From Candidatus Harrisonbacteria bacterium (GTDB lineage Bacteria; Patescibacteriota; Minisyncoccia; UBA6257; UBA11618), in contig JAHFLN010000001.1 in the NCBI GenBank assembly GCA_023244835.1, forward strand, positions 4,912-68,911: a stretch of DNA of 64,000 nt, written 5' to 3'. Position numbers and translations under genes: made by a program. A model generated the notes under the pieces. That model had not been told where the DNA came from and did not search any database. It saw only the letters and a program-made list of their open reading frames with translations. Shown here piece after piece: positions 62,276 through 64,000 of this stretch. Within the stretch, counting starts at the first letter, position 1. Each line of letters starts with the position of its first letter.

Positions 62276-62944
62276 ATGTTACTCTCAGCACCCGCGATAC
62301 TGCGCCATATAAAGAAAGGAACGATCACGGTCGACCCGTACGACGCGAAGAATCTCGGCAACGCGAGCTTCGACGTGACACTCGGCGAACATTACTACCG
62401 CGAACATGCTCCGCAGAACGGAAACGCCGTCTTCAACCTCTATAATGAGGCGGATACCTACCGCGTATGGGGAAAGAAGCATGAGACCGCCCAGCCGTTC
62501 GGTAGAAATGACACGCCCGGCATCGGAGCGAAAGACCTGGTAATTTGGCTCGCTCCCGGCGAAACGATCCTCGCCCACACTCGGGAATTCATCGGCGGCA
62601 CGGAAACGGTGGACGCGATGCTTAAAGCGCGCTCCTCGACTGCGCGTAATTTTATAAGCGTATGCAAGTGCGCCGGCTGGGGCGACGTCGGCTATGTGAA
62701 CCGCTGGACGATGCAGATAACGAACCACAGCAGGCACTATCATATCCCGCTCGTCGTGGGCCGTCGCATCGCCCAGATCGTCTTCTTTGAAGTCGAACCG
62801 CTCGTTGAGAAGGATAACGCGGGCGCCTACGGCAAGAAGAAAGACGGTAAATATCAAGCTTCTGCCAACCTGAAGACCATTAAAAAGAACTGGAAACCGG
62901 CAGACATGCTGCCGAAGATGTGGAAGGATCGGGACGTGAAGTAA
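62276..62944 (+). CDS. dcd: dCTP deaminase
   Basis: ASFDVTLG, ARSSTAR, AGWGDVGY, IAQIVF, GKYQ. Confidence 0.88.
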   Translation: MLLSAPAILRHIKKGTITVDPYDAKNLGNASFDVTLGEHYYREHAPQNGNAVFNLYNEADTYRVWGKKHETAQPFGRNDTPGIGAKDLVIWLAPGETILAHTREFIGGTETVDAMLKARSSTARNFISVCKCAGWGDVGYVNRWTMQITNHSRHYHIPLVVGRRIAQIVFFEVEPLVEKDNAGAYGKKKDGKYQASANLKTIKKNWKPADMLPKMWKDRDVK

Positions 62945-62973
62945 ATCCGAAATTCGAATATCGAAATTCGAAA
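62943..62973. repeat. heptamer tandem repeat flanking the four-helix-bundle gene (counterpart at 63283-63306)
   Basis: AAATCCG AAATTCG AATATCG AAATTCG; TTTCGGA TTTCGGA TTTCGAG on the other side. Confidence 0.65.
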
Positions 62974-62978
62974 ACGGA

Positions 62979-63268
62979 TCACTTCTCCGCCTTACGAACT
63001 ATCGAGCCAAAAATCATCATAAGCTCGGCGCATTCCCCAATCAGCTCGGCGCAGCGTCCCTCATCCCCTTCTAATAATCGCAACCAATATATGCTCTCTT
63101 TCGCCTCTTTGCGGCAAATCCTTATCCGCATCAAAAAATCTTTTTCGCCCAAGGCCTCGTTCGCCTCGATATAATTCGCGCCGACCGAAGCCGACGATCG
63201 TATAAGCTGTTTCGAATATTCCTTACAGCGAATGCCAATGTCCTGTCCTCTAAATCGTATACGGCCAT
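62979..63268 (-). pseudogene. four-helix-bundle (23S rRNA IVS-type) protein, frameshifted
   Basis: MAVYDLEDRTLAFA in one frame and QLIRSSASVGANYIEANE...KEAKESIYWLRL in another; span of 290 nt is not a multiple of 3. Confidence 0.75.
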
Positions 63269-63272
63269 CCGT

Positions 63273-63749
63273 CTATCTTTTTTTTCGGATTTCGGATTTC
63301 GAGCTTCTCGCTAAGGGGAGCGGGTGCAAGTGCGCGGCGAGCGATAAGGCGAGCGCGATGATAACAAGGTTTTTGATTATATACTGCCCCTCAAACGTTG
63401 GTACGAGTACGCTCTGCCACGTAAGCTCGGGCAGGACGACAAGCGGCAGAAACGCCGCGACCATGTGCAGCGCGAGCAGTGCCACCGCAAGCCTCTCCAT
63501 GCCCGATACGAGGAATGCCGCCCCGATCACCATCTCGTAGATGCCGAAAAATATCCGGAACGGGGCAAATGGGACGAACGGCAGCGCCTTCGCGAGGAGC
63601 GCCGCGACGAGCGGATCGGCAGGGCTCAGATCCATCACCTTCAAGAGGCCAAACCAGAAAAAAACTATGAATAACGCCACGCGCGCAACGGGAACGGCGA
63701 TCTCGCGCACTCCGTGAATCATCACACGGTCGAATCGGGGGAAGTCCAT
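63273..63749 (-). CDS. DoxX-like membrane protein
   Basis: RVALFIVFFWFGLLK, EGQYIIKN. Confidence 0.8.
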   Translation of the reverse strand: MDFPRFDRVMIHGVREIAVPVARVALFIVFFWFGLLKVMDLSPADPLVAALLAKALPFVPFAPFRIFFGIYEMVIGAAFLVSGMERLAVALLALHMVAAFLPLVVLPELTWQSVLVPTFEGQYIIKNLVIIALALSLAAHLHPLPLARSSKSEIRKKR

Positions 63750-63873
63750 ATATCAATACTATCATATTGACAAAACCACTTCGATGCCCCATGCTGTAGT
63801 CACGTAGATACCACCGTTGCAATGCAAATTGCCCTGGGTCTCGGAACGTCGTTTACAAATCAAACAAGACCAC

Positions 63874-64000
63874 ATGGCATTTGAACGCAGCAATGGCGGC
63901 ATGGGAGGCGGAAGCTTCCAGCGCCAGATGTTCAACGGAGACTGGAAGTGCTCGAAGTGCAACGGTCCGATCACGGAACTCCCGTTCCAGCCGGATCCTG
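63874..64000 (+). CDS. CxxC-x17-CxxC zinc-ribbon protein (partial)
   Basis: MAFERS...RQMFNGDWKCSKC..ITELPFQP. Confidence 0.75.
   Translation, partial: MAFERSNGGMGGGSFQRQMFNGDWKCSKCNGPITELPFQPDP

Overview
This 64 kb window looks like a Patescibacteria (CPR, Parcubacteria-like) chromosome. The evidence is the missing rpmD/L30, trimmed ribosomal proteins, MutY and Nth without complete Fe-S motifs, CPR-type surface proteins and genetic code 11. The left 25 kb is the str-S10-spc ribosomal super-operon on the minus strand (rpsL to map). It is repeatedly interrupted by ORFans, by four tandem LivJ-like solute-binding genes between fusA and tuf, and by short inverted-repeat elements with target-site duplications. 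Next come a liv-type ABC operon and tRNA-Ser(GGA), followed by an AT-rich 4 kb island holding a putative Tsp45I-like restriction endonuclease, a full-length LexA fused to an N6-adenine methyltransferase, and a DUF4238 protein. The right half carries htpX/lemA/groESL/rmuC, a cluster of secreted Cys-rich proteins, cdaA, repair genes, truB, hpf and dcd. The strongest candidates for novelty are: (1) two tandem, homologous ~175-190 nt structured RNAs at 48.1-48.5 kb, each with its own promoter and U-tail; (2) the LexA-methyltransferase restriction-modification island with a candidate operator; (3) two MITE-like families that insert at start codons or promoters; (4) a 140-aa ribosomal protein L3; (5) a metallothionein-like peptide. 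All family assignments are made by eye from motifs; no searches or folding programs were run.
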